A DNA stretch of 64,000 bases. It comes from Chryseolinea sp. (GTDB lineage: Bacteria > Bacteroidota > Bacteroidia > Cytophagales > Cyclobacteriaceae). This document shows positions 38,801-47,835 of this stretch, in pieces. The position numbers and the translations under genes are program-made. The stretch's first letter is position 1. Every line of letters starts with the position of its first letter. A model generated the notes under the pieces. That model was given only the letters and a program-made list of their open reading frames with translations. It was not told where the DNA came from and ran no database searches. Location of the stretch: contig JANMRZ010000112.1 of NCBI GenBank assembly GCA_031388805.1, forward strand, positions 17,885-81,884, given 5' to 3'.

Positions 38801-39985
38801 CGATGCTGATTCAATGTCAAATGTTTTTTGTGTATTCTTTTGCTGATCGATTCGAATCACACCATGAATGGTGGCAATCCATAAAATACCTTTCTTCGAA
38901 ACGAGTATCGACTTCACCTGATTTCCTACAGTCTTATCGCCAATCTTATGGTTTACTTCGTGATAGGTAAACAGGTGATTGTATTTGTTAATGATGCTGA
39001 GCCCATTGGATGTTGCTACCCACACTACACCACCTTCATCTTCTGCAATTTGCCAGATTACATTGTTGGCAATCGAATAGGATACTTGGGGATTATGGAA
39101 ATAAGCTGTTATCTTTTTTGTTTTTGGATCAAACAAATTCAAACCAAAGTCCGAACCTAGCCACAGATTTCCATCAGCATCTGTGTAAACATTCTTGATT
39201 ACTTCATTGCTGAATTTTGTATTGTCACTTCTATAATGGGTGAAGGTGTGATTAGACGTGTTTAGTAAACATAAACCCGTTTCGGTTCCGATCCATAATA
39301 AGGAGTCGGCATGCGCAACAGGTTTAATATCGCATATTAAATTGTTCTTTAGTTCGGGTTTGTAGTTGCCTTTTAAATCAATAGTTTCAAATGTATCACT
39401 GGTACTATTTAGCTTGTTGAGTTTGTCGTATGTACCTACCCAAAGATTCCCATTAATATCCTGATGGATTGTCCGAATAGTGTTGTGGCTCAAGGCACTA
39501 TTTTCAGTTGTGTAATATTTGAATGAATTATCGGATGCAGCGAATCGAATCAGCCCGTTTGATGTACCGATCCAGATATTTTTTTGCTTGTCTTTATAGA
39601 GTGTTCGAATGGCAATGTTCTCTTTTAGATTGATTCGTGTGATCTGAAAATTCCGAACATTGATTTTACACAATCCACGCCAGGTGCCGACCCAAACAAA
39701 ATCATCGTCAACAAGCAACGAACTGATCTCATTCGCAGACAATGAATTTTCATCTTCTCCTCTTTTAAAAATTTTAAAGCCATTGCCATCATATCGCGCC
39801 AGACCGTTAGCGGTACCAACCCAAATAAAATGGTAACGATCTTGGGTAATTGCGCTGATGATATTAGAAGGTAATCCATCGCGAGTGGAAAGTGTGGAAA
39901 AGAAAAGAGATTGCCCTGATGCGGTAACCGAAACGATAACCAACACCACTATTAATCTGAACATCAATCGAAATCGCGATAGCAT
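35900..39985 (-). CDS. Hybrid two-component system (HTCS) regulator
   Basis: Signal peptide, WIGT/GL beta-propeller repeats, Y_Y_Y domain, TM helix, ISHELRTP, HATPase, REC (DIMMP), AraC HTH (VGFSNLSYFSKCFK). Confidence 0.95.
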   Translation of the reverse strand: MLSRFRLMFRLIVVLVIVSVTASGQSLFFSTLSTRDGLPSNIISAITQDRYHFIWVGTANGLARYDGNGFKIFKRGEDENSLSANEISSLLVDDDFVWVGTWRGLCKINVRNFQITRINLKENIAIRTLYKDKQKNIWIGTSNGLIRFAASDNSFKYYTTENSALSHNTIRTIHQDINGNLWVGTYDKLNKLNSTSDTFETIDLKGNYKPELKNNLICDIKPVAHADSLLWIGTETGLCLLNTSNHTFTHYRSDNTKFSNEVIKNVYTDADGNLWLGSDFGLNLFDPKTKKITAYFHNPQVSYSIANNVIWQIAEDEGGVVWVATSNGLSIINKYNHLFTYHEVNHKIGDKTVGNQVKSILVSKKGILWIATIHGVIRIDQQKNTQKTFDIESASSDRLLLNNVFTLEEDDQERIWIGTAGGINVWDEKKQVMHAITANTENKLTSNYIAKFIKGADGSFWVSAWEGGLFKVVSGFDDLTNIRFEFVGDFASEKNTYALNALWGVHANELYRIDLSSYATKKVQAFNAIAKGKDIYSPYYSTKGSLWTGTLNGLIEYKPGIDSAIFHPIVTGNDIDLNNIISDNFGNIWAAADKFVLKFSPSENTTELFPLDKDLPLKTFYTDCSAKNNDGELIFGGDNGYITFQTDIKPNHYQPDVLITSLELNNKIVLPNHEINDQVILTEDISFTKDLTLDYAQRSVTFEFSSLHYWQPDINVYAYKLEGFDDDWKYVSGLKNFAVYSNLSSGSYTLYVKGTNNYGVWSNKVASVKIIVKPPLFLSPAFIFMYAILALATLIISLRIYVIRIKLKNELKIALLQKDHAEEIVQTKQQFFTNISHELRTPISLIIPPLQQILKKGNLNEENKSLITLAEKNSQRLLRLINQVLDFRKLEHENQSLKISWFDLVPFSQDLFSLFSDRAARNEIDFTFKTKIKECQVWADKEKVEIIIFNLLSNAFKFTPKKGKIEFTIDLDNTVAFNNGAVRLSVIDSGIGIAQEEQTKIFEQFYQSTDAKIMEDGSGIGLTLVAEYTKLHRGEIKLISSKGMGSNFNIYLPLGDAHFPVDKSLEGKEINILATKPAESADQQYQFNLRSKKPLILLVEDNVDMIDFILLSLKEKYNFITAENGEDGLHKAHMLLPEIIISDIMMPVMDGLELCKKVKQDNKTSHIPIILLTAKSLTTHKIEGIRMGADIYLTKPFEVELLEAHIDHLLERKEELAQYFKHELITQPQTESGKENEDDRFLKKVMNTIEANISNNEFSVEVLSEEMGMSSTHLYRKLKSLTHISANEIIKKYRIKKASLLLKNKEGNISEIMYEVGFSNLSYFSKCFKTEFGLSPKEYQQKESKHSYDVQENIESGARTE

Positions 39986-40203
39986 ACTCTATTATATAGT
40001 CTGAAAGTAATGCTTTTAGTTTCAGATTAAGAAGACCACTTACATACCAGTAGAGCCATGGCAAACTTCGAATTGAGTTGACGATTTAAATTGAGAAAGC
40101 CCCGAATGAGAAAAATTTGTGGGTTTTAAGCAGCGTTTGTAAGTTCTTAAGCCTTAGGTAGGTTTTTTTTCTGTCAAAATCAGAAGGATTTATGTCGAGT
40201 TGA

Positions 40204-40236
40204 TGTACGATTTTTTTCTTTTCCTGTACGATTTTT
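40204..40236 (+). promoter_or_regulatory. Candidate HTCS binding site (direct repeat, 21-bp period)
   Basis: TGTACGATTTTT at 40204 and at 40225, upstream of susC. Confidence 0.55.
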
Positions 40237-40290
40237 TGAGCCTTTCGCAATCGATTGAATGGAACTTGCAATCGATTTAAACTCAAAACT

Positions 40291-43200
40291 ATGAATCGAA
40301 AACTACTAATTATGCTGGGGATGCTGTTTTCATGCACCCTCGTGGCTTTGGCGCAGACGCAGACTGTTCGAGGAAAAGTTACTTCAAGTGATGATGGCAC
40401 TGCATTACCTGGTGTTAGCATTATAGAGAAGGGAACTTCCAAAGGAACAGTAACGGATTCGGAGGGAAATTTTTCCCTCGATGTAAATCCTAGTACGACT
40501 CTTGTCTTTTCATTTGTTGGGTACGCTTCGCAAGAGGTACAGGTAGCAAACCAAACCAATCTCAACATCATTTTGGCGACCGATATTTTTGCACTTAATG
40601 AAGTAGTCGTAGTTGGATATGGAGCGCAAGAGAAAAAAGATATAACTGGCTCCGTTACTTCGCTCACCGCGAAAGATTTGAACAAGGGCATTGTTTCATC
40701 ACCGCAGGATATGTTGGTAGGAAAAATTGCCGGAGTACAGGTAACAACGAATGATGGTGCACCCGGAAGTGGCTCTACCATTCGGATACGAGGTAGCGGT
40801 TCGATTCAGGCGAACCAGGAACCTTTGATTGTGATTGATGGCTTCCCGGTTGATGCGAGCGCAATTGGAGGTGTTTCAAATCCACTATCAAGCATCAATC
40901 CAAATGATATTGAAAGTTATACTGTATTAAAAGATGCATCGGCTACTGCGATCTACGGACTTCGCGCTTCAAACGGTGTCATTATTATTACAACAAAAAA
41001 AGGTAAGGAAGGGAAGCCTCAAGTTGCCTACAACGGAAATTTTTCAATCAGCAATGCCATGAAGACGGTAGACGTTCTTAGTGGTGATGAGATGCGTGCA
41101 AGAGCAAACGATTTATTGGCGGAAGGAAAATTATCCGGACTTACGTCAGATGCAGTTGAACGACTTGGTGATGCGAATACAGATTGGCAAGATGAAATTT
41201 ATCAGGCAGCGTTTACACAAGATCACAATGTGAGTGTGGCGGGAACATATAAGTCACTGCCGTATCGTGTGTCGTACGGATATACTGACCAGGATGGAAT
41301 CCTAAAGACAACGAACTTTAAACGAAATTCATTAAACATCAATCTTACTCCTGAATTTTTTAATGGCGATTTAAAACTTACCGTTTCATTAAAAGGAAGC
41401 AATACAAAGCAAAATTTTGGAAACACCGGTGCAGTAGGTGCGGCAGTTGCTTTCGATCCAACACAACCCGTTCAAAATGGAAGCACACGGTGGGGTGGAT
41501 ATTTTGCTTGGGTTGGTCCGGCTTCAGCAACAACATTAGATCCGAATGGTGATCCGATTACAATAGCAACAAGCAACCCCGTTGCGATGCTGATGCAAAC
41601 CGATAATACATCCAATGCCTATCGTGGTCTTGGCAATGTTCAGGTTGACTATCGCTTACGATTTTTCCCAGCCATTAAACTGACCATGAATGCAGGTCTG
41701 GATTATGCTACATCAAAAGGACATAACAATGCTTCGAATGATGCAGCCTTTACATATGTAAATGGAGGCGGACAAAAAATTGATTACACAGCAGAGAACA
41801 AATCAAAGCTGCTTGATTTGTATGCGAACTACAACAAACAAATTAAGGATCACACAGTAGACTTAACCCTTGGTTATTCCTATCAGAGTTTTGAGCGTGA
41901 TGGTTCAAACTTTGGGCGCAATGGAGATGAAAGTGTTTTCACCGATTATCAAACCGATAGTGAAGGAAATGAAGTTCCGCGTCAATATATTCCCAATCCG
42001 AATGTACTGGTGTCATTTTTTGGACGCTTGAATTATTCTTACAAAGATAAGTACCTGGCAACGCTTTCGTTTCGCGATGATGCCTCTTCCCGTTTTTCAA
42101 AAGATAATAGGTGGGTAATATTTCCTGCTGTTGGTTTAGCATGGAGAGTAAATCAGGAATCGTTCATGCAAGACGCAAGTACTATTTCAGAGTTTAAGAT
42201 TCGCGGTAGTTACGGTGTTACAGGTCAGCAGGATGTTTCCGGAAATAATCCGTATCCATATCTTTCTACCTATCAGTTAAGTTCTTCAACCTCTCAATAT
42301 CAGTTTGGTAACGGTTTCTCGAACACGTATCGCCCTCAACCTTATGATGCAGACTTGAAGTGGGAAACAACAGCACAAACCGACATCGGTGTTGATCTTG
42401 GATTTTGGGATAACAGACTTACTGCAACTATTGATGTGTATCAGCGCAAGACCAGTGACTTGATCAATTCGATTCCCGTTGCTGCAGGAAGCAACTTCTC
42501 TAATTTCCTTATCACGAACGTAGGTAATCTTGATAACAAAGGTATCGAAGTTACCTTAGGCGTAACCGCTATCAAGCGTGATGACTTTGAGTGGAACATT
42601 GGTGCAAACTTTACGCACAATGAAAACAAAGTGACGAAGCTCCTTAAGACAGATGATCCATCGTATCAGGGTGTTGCAACAGGAGGTATCGGACTTCAGA
42701 AGAATATCCAGAACATACAGGTAGGTTATCCGATCAACAGCTTCTTTGTGTATCAACAAGTTTATAATGGTAATGTACCCATTGAAGGTTTATATGTTGA
42801 CAGAAGTGGAAACGGAACAGATGTAACGGCAAGTGAAAATAACAAGTACCGTTTTGAAAGTCCGCAGGCTGATTTTTTAGTGGGTGTGAACTCACGCGTT
42901 ACATATAAGAAATTTGATTTTTATTTTTCGGGTCGCTTGAGTGTAGGCAACTATGTTTACAACAATGTATTTACAGGAGCGAACTACTCTAACTTGTATT
43001 ACTCAACGGGTTATTTCAATAACCTGCCTACTGCCATAAACGATACAGAGTTTTACAACCTTCAAAGTTTTTCCGATTACTATGTTCAGAATGCTTCCTT
43101 CTTCAAGATGGATAACATTAGCCTGGGATATAACATCGATCAGTTGTTTACTCAGAAGTTGAAAGCACGCATCAGCTTCACAGCTCAGAATGCTTTTTTT

Positions 43201-43305
43201 ATTTCGAAATATGATGGCATCGATCCGGAAGTGAATGGTGGAATAGATAATAATCTGTATCCACGTGCACGCGTATTTATGCTAGGCATCAATCTTACCT
43301 ATTAA
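40291..43305 (+). CDS. susC: SusC-like TonB-dependent transporter
   Basis: LNEVVVVGYG, PLIVIDG, INPNDIES..VLKDASATAIYG.RASNGVIIITTKKG, C-terminal YPRARVFMLGINLTY. Start placed at ATG 40291. Confidence 0.96.
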   Translation: MNRKLLIMLGMLFSCTLVALAQTQTVRGKVTSSDDGTALPGVSIIEKGTSKGTVTDSEGNFSLDVNPSTTLVFSFVGYASQEVQVANQTNLNIILATDIFALNEVVVVGYGAQEKKDITGSVTSLTAKDLNKGIVSSPQDMLVGKIAGVQVTTNDGAPGSGSTIRIRGSGSIQANQEPLIVIDGFPVDASAIGGVSNPLSSINPNDIESYTVLKDASATAIYGLRASNGVIIITTKKGKEGKPQVAYNGNFSISNAMKTVDVLSGDEMRARANDLLAEGKLSGLTSDAVERLGDANTDWQDEIYQAAFTQDHNVSVAGTYKSLPYRVSYGYTDQDGILKTTNFKRNSLNINLTPEFFNGDLKLTVSLKGSNTKQNFGNTGAVGAAVAFDPTQPVQNGSTRWGGYFAWVGPASATTLDPNGDPITIATSNPVAMLMQTDNTSNAYRGLGNVQVDYRLRFFPAIKLTMNAGLDYATSKGHNNASNDAAFTYVNGGGQKIDYTAENKSKLLDLYANYNKQIKDHTVDLTLGYSYQSFERDGSNFGRNGDESVFTDYQTDSEGNEVPRQYIPNPNVLVSFFGRLNYSYKDKYLATLSFRDDASSRFSKDNRWVIFPAVGLAWRVNQESFMQDASTISEFKIRGSYGVTGQQDVSGNNPYPYLSTYQLSSSTSQYQFGNGFSNTYRPQPYDADLKWETTAQTDIGVDLGFWDNRLTATIDVYQRKTSDLINSIPVAAGSNFSNFLITNVGNLDNKGIEVTLGVTAIKRDDFEWNIGANFTHNENKVTKLLKTDDPSYQGVATGGIGLQKNIQNIQVGYPINSFFVYQQVYNGNVPIEGLYVDRSGNGTDVTASENNKYRFESPQADFLVGVNSRVTYKKFDFYFSGRLSVGNYVYNNVFTGANYSNLYYSTGYFNNLPTAINDTEFYNLQSFSDYYVQNASFFKMDNISLGYNIDQLFTQKLKARISFTAQNAFFISKYDGIDPEVNGGIDNNLYPRARVFMLGINLTY

Positions 43306-43317
43306 TCGATACACAGT

Positions 43318-44898
43318 ATGAAAAATATATTCTTTAAATCTTTGCCAAGTGTGATGTTCGTCTTCGTGATGTTAACATCGTGCATTAGTGATCTGGACCC
43401 GCAGTCATTGGGTGCAAATTCAGTCACATCCGTTGATGCATATAAAACAGCCGCAGATTATAAATTAGGTCTTGCAAAATTATATTCGAGTTATGTTGTT
43501 GCCGGGCAGGTAGGCCCTGGTGAAGCTTCTGATATTTCAAATCTTGACGTTGGATTTGGAGTGTACCTGCGTGCTTACTGGAATTTGCAAGAGTTGCCAA
43601 CCGATGAAGCCGTTTACACCTGGGCTGAAGATGGAGGTATTCGTCCGTTACATTGGCAAACATGGACTGCCACAAACTCTTTCATCTCTGCCATGTACAC
43701 CCGAATGATGCTGACGATTTCATATTGTAATGAATTCATTCGCGCATCAGCTGGATCTATTAATGCTGATGTTAAAAAGTACAATGCTGAAGCACGTTTC
43801 CTTCGTGCGTTATCGTATTACCATGCACTTGATCTTTTCGGCTATCCTCCATTTGTAACCGAAGCGGATATTCCAGGATCTTTCTTTCCGAAGCAAACGA
43901 ACCCAACGGATTTGTTCAACTACATCGAGTCAGAATTGATTGCGATTGAAAATGAATTGGGAGAGCCACGTTTTGAATATGGCCGTGCTGATAAAGGTGC
44001 ATTGTGGATGTTGCAGGCAAAACTTTATTTGAATGCTGAAACATACATGAACACAACAAAATATACAGAGTCCATCACTGCATTAAATAAACTATTTGCA
44101 TCCGGTCAATACTCACTGGCTACGAATTATCTGTTGAACTTCAGAGCCGATAACAATACCAGTCCTGAAATTATTTTCTCTTTCAATCATGATGCAAGGA
44201 ATACTCAGACATACGGTGGAATGGGTTTTATTATTCATGGACAAATTGGTGGATCGATGAACGCTGCTGATTTTGGTGTGAATGGTGCGTGGTCACAAAA
44301 TCGAGTTACTCCTGAGTTTGTTGGTAAGTTCCCCGATATATCGGGTGACTCAGACATCCGTGCGCAGTTCTACACCAGCGGACAAGAACTTGAGATTAAT
44401 GATGTTGGCACATTCACCGATGGATACGCAATAACAAAATTCAAAAATAAAACATTGGCCGGAGGTGCTGCACCCAGCGGAGGTAATCCTGATTTTGTTG
44501 ATACTGATTTTCCAATGTTCAGATTGGCGGATGCCTACCTTATGTATGCCGAAGCAGTGTTGCGTGGTGGAGCCGGTGGTTCAACTGCACAGGCTCTTGA
44601 TTATGTAAATGATTTAAGAGAACGTGCACATGGAAATACTTCAGCAAACATAACCTTAGGAGCACTAACAACAGCCTTTATTCTAGATGAGAGAGGAAGA
44701 GAGTTGTATTGGGAATGCCATCGCAGAACCGATCTTGTTCGCTACGGATTACTCACCGGTGGTGATTACCTATGGAGCTGGAAAGGAAATACCAAGGAAG
44801 GTGTTGCTACTGACAGTTACAGAGATTGGTTCCCAATTCCTTCATCGGATTTAGCAGCCAATCCTACAATGAGGCAAGTGGTTGAAGAGTATAACTAA
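43318..44898 (+). CDS. susD: SusD/RagB-family lipoprotein
   Basis: Lipobox LTS-C; EARFLRALSYY, FRLADAYLMYAEA, ILDERGRELYWECHRRTDLVRYG. Confidence 0.95.
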   Translation: MKNIFFKSLPSVMFVFVMLTSCISDLDPQSLGANSVTSVDAYKTAADYKLGLAKLYSSYVVAGQVGPGEASDISNLDVGFGVYLRAYWNLQELPTDEAVYTWAEDGGIRPLHWQTWTATNSFISAMYTRMMLTISYCNEFIRASAGSINADVKKYNAEARFLRALSYYHALDLFGYPPFVTEADIPGSFFPKQTNPTDLFNYIESELIAIENELGEPRFEYGRADKGALWMLQAKLYLNAETYMNTTKYTESITALNKLFASGQYSLATNYLLNFRADNNTSPEIIFSFNHDARNTQTYGGMGFIIHGQIGGSMNAADFGVNGAWSQNRVTPEFVGKFPDISGDSDIRAQFYTSGQELEINDVGTFTDGYAITKFKNKTLAGGAAPSGGNPDFVDTDFPMFRLADAYLMYAEAVLRGGAGGSTAQALDYVNDLRERAHGNTSANITLGALTTAFILDERGRELYWECHRRTDLVRYGLLTGGDYLWSWKGNTKEGVATDSYRDWFPIPSSDLAANPTMRQVVEEYN

Positions 44899-44912
44899 TT
44901 AATGCTACAACA

Positions 44913-46319
44913 ATGAAAAACAGAATAGTAGTAATCGGATTTTTATGTGCACTGTTTGGTTTGCTTTCATGTGAAGATGATTCGCTAAAAGTTCAACTCA
45001 ACCAAAATATAAGTGCCAATGAGCTTAGCGATATGTCGAACTCAATCTATGCGCTTTCTCTTGAAGAAGCAGGAAATGATTTTGAGGCGTTCAGTTGGAC
45101 TTCGCCAGATTTTGGATTTGATGCAGCCACAACCTATACAGTGCAAATTGCTAAGGCAGGAAATGATTTTGAATCAGCATTGACTTTAGTAACAGCAACC
45201 AACTTGTCTGCAGCAACAACAGTAGGTGCATTGAATAGTGCGTTGTTGAATCTCGGTTTAGATCCTGATGAAGAGGCAAGTGTAGAAGTTCGTGTTCGAT
45301 CAATCATCAATAACAACGTCACCGCAGTTTATTCGAACACCATTGAATTTGGAGTGATACCGTATGCAACGGATTTTCCTCCCATCTATATGATTGGTGA
45401 TGCTACCGGAGGTTGGGACTGGCCACTATCCGTGAAAATAAAAAGTATAGCACCGAGTGTATATCAAACTACTGCTGAGTTTACAAAGAATGGGAAGTTT
45501 CGTTTTTTCACTATTCAATCCTGGGATGATACGAATCAATATAACTGGTCAACATTTGAATCGGGTTCAATCGATTCTAATCTAACGAACAGTGGTGACA
45601 ACGATGGTAATTTTATTTTTGGTGGGGAATCAGGCTGGTACACAATTACGATAGACCTGAAAAATAAAACACTCGTTATGGAAGCAACTGAGAAGCCTGA
45701 ATTGTATATGATTGGTGATGCTGTTCAAGGTTGGGATTTAGCAAAAGCAGTAGAGATGACACGATTGGAAGATGGTGTATTTACAGCAACAACAACTTTT
45801 ACGAAAGATAAAATATTCAGATTCTTCACCGCGCCCGATTGGGGTAAAGGAACAATTGGCTTTACCTATTTTAATGGAGGACAGGTTGATCCTATGTTTG
45901 TGAACATGGATGATGGTGATAAGAATTTTAAAGTCGTTGGCGAAACAGGTGAATACACCATTACAGTAGATTTAAATAATCTTACGGTTGTCATTGGACT
46001 AGGTACTCCAATTTACATGATTGGGGATGCAACGGGTGGCTGGGATTTGGCAAAAGCAGTAGAAGTGGCGAGTCTTGGTGGTGGCAAATACGAAGCAATC
46101 GCTACCTTTACAAAAGATGGAATCTTCCGATTCTTCAATACACCAGCATGGGATGCAAATCCTCAGTACAACTGGGCAACCTTCGATGGTGGATCGATAG
46201 ATTCTAAACTTCAGAATCCTGCAGATACCGATGGTAATTTTAAATTTGTAGGAGATACTGGTTCCTATAAAATTTCGGTCGATGTACCAGGTAAGTCCAT
46301 CGTAATGGTTTTGCAATAA
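44913..46319 (+). CDS. SusE/F-like surface glycan-binding lipoprotein with three repeated domains
   Basis: Lipobox LLS-C; SusE-like FSWTSPDFGFDAATTYTVQ; three ~105-aa repeats starting YMIGDA..GWD. Confidence 0.85.
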   Translation: MKNRIVVIGFLCALFGLLSCEDDSLKVQLNQNISANELSDMSNSIYALSLEEAGNDFEAFSWTSPDFGFDAATTYTVQIAKAGNDFESALTLVTATNLSAATTVGALNSALLNLGLDPDEEASVEVRVRSIINNNVTAVYSNTIEFGVIPYATDFPPIYMIGDATGGWDWPLSVKIKSIAPSVYQTTAEFTKNGKFRFFTIQSWDDTNQYNWSTFESGSIDSNLTNSGDNDGNFIFGGESGWYTITIDLKNKTLVMEATEKPELYMIGDAVQGWDLAKAVEMTRLEDGVFTATTTFTKDKIFRFFTAPDWGKGTIGFTYFNGGQVDPMFVNMDDGDKNFKVVGETGEYTITVDLNNLTVVIGLGTPIYMIGDATGGWDLAKAVEVASLGGGKYEAIATFTKDGIFRFFNTPAWDANPQYNWATFDGGSIDSKLQNPADTDGNFKFVGDTGSYKISVDVPGKSIVMVLQ

Positions 46320-46346
46320 TGAAATAGCATAAACGAAGCTGATCGA

Positions 46347-47573
46347 GTGGATCAGCTTCTATTTCTTTTAACTAACGTATTTTTCAATTTGAAAACTGTG
46401 ATAACAAGTCTATTCTTTTGGTTCATACTTTCTTTACTGTCTTGCGGCAGTGATGAACCCAATCCGATTGTGGAGCCTCCTGTAGAAGAGAACGATCTTT
46501 ATTTCGGAGCCGATCTTTCATATGTCAACCAAATCCTGGATCATGAGGGTGTGTTCAAAGATCAGAATGTAGTAAAAGATCCGTATCTGATATTTAAAGA
46601 AAACGGTACCAATCTCGTTCGTCTACGTCTTTGGCATAATCCAACGTGGACAAAAGAAGTGTATGCTGGTGCAGGTACACAACTGTACAACGATTTAAAA
46701 GATGTAGAAAAATCCATTGTGTTAGCAAAGGCACAAGGAATGGAAGTGTTATTAGATTTTCATTATTCAGATGAATGGGCTGATCCAGCAAAGCAATACA
46801 TCCCTGCTGCATGGAAAGAGATTAAAGATATTAATGTCTTGAAAGATTCAGTTTACAACTACACCTTCAAAACATTACAGTACCTGAATTCAAAGGGTCT
46901 TCTTCCTGAATTGGTTCAGATCGGCAATGAAACGAATTGTGGAATGTTATTTTCAGAACCACCCACAGGATTTCCTGCTTGTAATGTATGCGATGGATCA
47001 TGGCAAAATATGGGGAAGGTATTGAATGCCGGCATAAAAGCAGTGCGCGATATAACGGCGACCACAACCATTAAAACAAAAATTCTTTTGCACGTTGCCG
47101 ATCCTAAAAATGTTCAGTGGTGGTTTGATAATATAAAGAGTCAGGCATTGGTTACTGATTTTGATATGATTGGATTTTCATATTATCCACTGTGGCATAC
47201 AACTGTTGGCGTGAATGATATTTCAACTTCTGTTTCTGGTTTTAAATCCAGGTATTCAAAAGATGTCATCATTTTGGAAACAGCGTATCCCTGGACAACT
47301 ACTGGTAACGATAGTTATGGTAATCAATTTGGTGGGCAGACCCCAATCACAGGTTTTCCTTTTACGATTCAAGGTCAATATGATTTTTTGAAAAAATTAA
47401 CGACAGAAGTAAAAGAGGGTGGAGGTGTAGGTGTGGTGTACTGGGAGCCAGCATGGATTACCTCTAACCTGAAAGACTTGTGGGGAACCGGATCAACCTG
47501 GGAGAACTGCACTTTCTTTGATTACAGTGGAAACAAAATCAAAGGAATGGAATACATGACGGCTGACTATTAA
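46347..47573 (+). CDS. GH53 endo-beta-1,4-galactanase, lipoprotein
   Basis: GADLSY, RLRLWHNP, LDFHYSDEWADP, VQIGNET (acid/base), ILETAYP (nucleophile), YWEPAW; lipobox LLS-C. The true start is probably slightly downstream (46389/46398). Confidence 0.92.
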   Translation: MDQLLFLLTNVFFNLKTVITSLFFWFILSLLSCGSDEPNPIVEPPVEENDLYFGADLSYVNQILDHEGVFKDQNVVKDPYLIFKENGTNLVRLRLWHNPTWTKEVYAGAGTQLYNDLKDVEKSIVLAKAQGMEVLLDFHYSDEWADPAKQYIPAAWKEIKDINVLKDSVYNYTFKTLQYLNSKGLLPELVQIGNETNCGMLFSEPPTGFPACNVCDGSWQNMGKVLNAGIKAVRDITATTTIKTKILLHVADPKNVQWWFDNIKSQALVTDFDMIGFSYYPLWHTTVGVNDISTSVSGFKSRYSKDVIILETAYPWTTTGNDSYGNQFGGQTPITGFPFTIQGQYDFLKKLTTEVKEGGGVGVVYWEPAWITSNLKDLWGTGSTWENCTFFDYSGNKIKGMEYMTADY

Positions 47574-47609
47574 TCCAGTTCTTAATGAGATTATAACATC
47601 ATTCTAAAA

Positions 47610-47710
47610 CTCTGTGATTCTCTGTGTGTATTTCCTCTGTGTTCTCGGTGGTGCAGCATTCAGTTTCACCACAGAGAACACAAAGAGGTTTGCACAGAGA
47701 AACACAGAGG
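47610..47710. repeat. REP-like imperfect inverted repeat of CTCTGTG units
   Basis: CTCTGTGATTCTCTGTG...CTCTGTGTTCTCGGTGGTG faces CACCACAGAGAACACAAAG...CACAGAGAAACACAGAG. Confidence 0.75.
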
Positions 47711-47835
47711 AATAAAATCTAAAAGTTATTTTACATTCTCTCAAGATTTAATAGCAGGATTAATTAAGCTCTGTAATAACTCAAATCTAAATTTCAGTGA
47801 ACAATCGTTCAATGCACTAATTATTTTGGAAAACC

